Below, one piece after another: positions 60,637 through 64,000 of a stretch of 64,000 nt of DNA (the first letter of the stretch is position 1; each line of letters starts with the position of its first letter). The translations under genes and the position numbers were made by a program. Under the pieces are notes generated by a model. That model was not told the origin of the DNA. It did no database searches and saw nothing but the letters and a program-made list of their open reading frames with translations. The DNA is taken from assembly GCA_036172245.1 (NCBI GenBank), contig JAYWIR010000052.1, positions 248,001-312,000 on the forward strand, given 5' to 3'. The DNA is from Raillietiella orientalis. Taxonomy: Eukaryota.

Positions 60637-62632
60637 CAAGAGAGGTATGATTCTCATCCTTCACTGATACCCGCTGGGCAACTAGTTTATAATCCCCATC
60701 GGTACATTTCCGCTGCAGAACTCCAGGAAAGAATGCATTTTTTCCATCTGTAAAAGTCCGTTTTCAGTGAGAAGAAAGAGATGCTGACTGTTAGCTCAAT
60801 AATTGCAGGTGAAGGAATGCAACCACAAGGTTCTTTAAAAAAACTAAAAAAAAATACGATAGCCAGTTGTTTTTTGACTTGACTCTTGATTGCCAAACCT
60901 CGTGATATACAGGATATAGAGAACCGATCCTCGCGCAAAGTGATCCCTTCCCCGCCCTCCCTACCTCTAGATATTTCTCCCTTCCCCACGTTACACTTTT
61001 TCTTTTTGTTTGGTCTATTCCTTCCCCAGCGCGTTGGATGGTCAGTCTGTGCACTGGCAACCAGCAAGTTGCAGTGACACGAGAAAATGTTATTGTACTT
61101 TTATTTTTTATGAATAAATGCCCCGGCATATCCGGGTTAAAACCAAACCTCGTGGCGTTCGCTTAGGTTGATGCTAGCAGCACAGAACGGCAGCCCTACC
61201 TTTGTGTTTTAGATGATGTTTGTGAATAAGGACACTCAGTGGTGCAGATCTCTGGTTGTAAAGGTGACCACCCTATACGGAATCAGCGAATTATCGGATA
61301 GAAGAGAAGCTGGAAGTCTCCAGAAGCGATTGGTGTTGAATTTCTGTGTGCACTTTCATCGGTTATTTGTTTAACATTAGTCTTTTGTTTTTTTTTTCTC
61401 TCTTTCAGAACTGAATTCAAAGATGCAGGTTTATCCAACAGCTCTGTCGGGAACTGTGATATGTCTGGATCGTGTTCGGAGGGTGAATTTGTTGGAAGCA
61501 CAGCCCCACCTCCAGCAAACCAAAGGATGCAAAAAATCTCTTTCACGGGAGAATTCTATGAACGATTGACTATCTTTTGCATCTCCAAATTTAGAAGTTT
61601 TCTGACATGCCGTGGTTCTGACTCGTGCCTTCAAAGAATTCTATTTTCCCTTCCACGCCCATTAAAATCGTTGGCCATAGCCTCGCAGCAAGTCTTGTAG
61701 CTTTTTCCACATTACTTCCGCACTTTTTGTCTCCTAGTAGCAGATAGTTTTCCCAAGGATGGGTGAACAGACGATGTGTAGTGCTCACCGCACAGAAAAT
61801 GCGCTCGCATCGAGTACGTATATTCATATTTCAAGACTTCATGAAGCTGTCCGCATTGTATTTTTAGTGTATCTTCAGTAATTGAAAGCGATTCTGTGGT
61901 AGAAAGATCATATTCTGCTACTTTTTTTGATTTATTAAAAATGAGCGATTAAAATGGTTTCTTCCTAAAAGAAGTGCAAACCTCAATAATGACATGTTTA
62001 GGGTTTTTCTTACAAAATGTAATTTGTATTCTTATGAATGTCCGTTTCTTCAGCTTCCAATTCTTATATGAAAGAATTAAATTCTTTTATTGTCGGTATA
62101 TGGATAAAGTTAACAGCTATCCAAATTGACTGCTGTGTTTACGGAATACAAGACTAAGAGAAAACAACACTGCATTTACATTGAATGCCGAAAAATAAAT
62201 AAATAATTGGAAAAGGTTTAGATCCAAAAAAAAATTTTTTCACTGATAATGGAGATGTCATTGCGACTTTGATTGGTACTCTGTGAAATTCTGCTTAATG
62301 TAGGTATGAATATACTAAAATTATCATATTAAAGCACCTCTCTGTGCAGTTTAAGTGAGAATACTCATGTTATTATTGAATAAGAATTCTTTAAGATTAT
62401 CAATTCTGGTCAATCTCTTTGACTTGTGTTCGACTTTCAACGGATTTATCTATAATAATAACAATCAGACATCAGCAATACCCGTGAATGAAAGTCGAGT
62501 TTTCAAGTGTTCAGAAAGCAGGTTTTTAAAAATTTCTTTTGGATTTGGCACTTCTGGAATGCTAAACGTGTCTTAGAGTAAGCGGTGTCTTGACTGTAAA
62601 AGTGGCACTATTTTATTGTGAATCTTACAATT

Positions 62633-64000
62633 ATGTTAATTGAAGACAAAGCTTCAAAGGATGTAATCGAATCTCACCTTAAGAAACTGCGGAACAAGCA
62701 GGGCAATAAGGTTTCTAGATTCAACTGTATTTTTGTTATTTTAAGATACGTTTTCTCACAAACGTGGTAACGTGCATGTGATGAATCTGTACGTCACCAA
62801 AAAATCTTAGTTACTATTATTAATATTAAGTATCGCTAACTGTAGGCATGCATTGAATTTCTGTGATCCAGTGATTTGGACTTAGAGTGTGTATGTTTAG
62901 GTTTGCTTTGATTGTGATTCAAAGAATCCAACCTGGGCCAGTATCACTTACGGGGTCTTCATCTGCATCGACTGCTCGGCAGTCCATCGTAATTTAGGCG
63001 TTCACATTTCCTTTGTGCGTTCTTCACAGCTAGATACGAATTGGACATGGTTGCAGTTGTGGCAAATGCAGCTGGGAGGAAATGCAAATGCAGTTAGTTT
63101 AATGAAATTGTGTAGAGTAATTTGATTGCCTGCATAGTTAGCATTTTTCCAACAACATGGATGCGATATGGCAGATTCTCAGATAAAGTATCAGAGCAGA
63201 CCAGCACAACTGTACAGAGAAAGATTACGAAATCAAGCTGTACAAGCCTTCAAGCTGCATGGTTCTCAGGTTATTTTCATTTCTGTTCATCAGTAAACTG
63301 TCATTTTCTCACAGTTCCATCTTTCCAGTGAGAAGGAGACTAGTTCTCCTGTGGTGACGGAAACCAATTTTTTTGACCAGCACACCAATGATAATTCAGA
63401 CATGTACGTGCCAGAAATGGCGAAGGTAATTTTGGGATTTACAATTGATTTTTGTAAGAATGATTGATTTTTTTCATTTGGGGCACAGCTACACTCAAGT
63501 GTGACAGATCCTGAATTCAGTGCTGCCCAATTAGCAGGAGAACCTTCTGCTACTTTCCAGTCTTCAGAGAGTACAAAACCTAGAACCAATGTATCTAATC
63601 GTAAAATGCTAGGCAAAAAAGTATCAAATGATGTACAAGACTCACTAACAAATACTGATATCAATCTTAGATTGCCTCCAGGCCTTCAGCATTGGGTCAG
63701 CGTGTGCAAGCAAATTTCGATACTTTAGAAAAAGAAGCTGCACTTGCTGACCAAGTTAGGATTGAGAAAGGAATTTCAGAAGTGCCTAAGAAAAGGGATT
63801 CAAACAGACTTGCTTATGCCGATCCGGCTGTTGCTTCCTCAGATTCCCAGCATGCTGAACAGATTGAAAGATTGGGAATGGGGATTGGCATTCATGGGTA
63901 TTTTCAGTGTCCTCATGTATGATTTTGATGTCAATTTTGGGTTTAGTGGAATTGGCCATTCTGCACAGAGCAGCATGCAGATTATTGAACAGGAGGGACT
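62633..64000 (+). CDS. ARFGAP2: ADP-ribosylation factor GTPase-activating protein 2/3 (Glo3-type), truncated at the 3' end by the window
   Basis: Exons: 62633-62710, 62901-63092, 63138-63269, 63315-63425, 63489-63620, 63671-63897, 63947 onward. Zinc finger [45 protein letters not shown] and the subfamily motif ERLGMG...GHS....MQIIEQE. Confidence 0.94.

Noticed and set aside
1..64000. CRISPR arrays, rRNA, intact tRNA or prokaryotic operons
   Set aside because: No regularly spaced repeats, rRNA signatures or complete cloverleaf were seen, and the gene structure is spliceosomal.

Overview
This is eukaryotic (invertebrate animal) genomic DNA with mostly very short introns (36-77 nt in many cases). 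Five spliced protein-coding genes were reconstructed by hand: a complete class A plexin (+, 12518-25285, 12 coding exons, about 1940 aa), a TPD52-family gene (-, 25643-32236), NUBP2/Cfd1 (+, 50875-52091), CDC123 (-, 55936-57720) and the 5' part of ARFGAP2/3 (+, 62633 to the window end). The left ~30 kb is GC/CpG-rich and full of homopolymers and microsatellites; the right end is AT-rich. The compositional switch falls inside the TPD52 gene. Intergenic DNA, especially 37-50.6 kb and 59-62 kb, holds decayed mobile and foreign sequence: about six L1/Tx1-like LINE 3' relics, an APE-endonuclease relic, NeSL/Utopia-like RLE retrotransposon relics, a pogo/Tigger relic, a tRNA-like/SINE fragment and probable endogenous bunyavirus (phenuivirus-like) fragments. 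The most notable observations are (1) an RLE element lacking RT, flanked by a 108-bp direct repeat and carrying a hairpin-dense module present three times in the window; (2) a probable non-canonical GA-AG intron in NUBP2; (3) candidate endogenous viral elements; and (4) a possible TPD52 micro-exon isoform. All homology calls come from motif recognition by eye; no searches were run.
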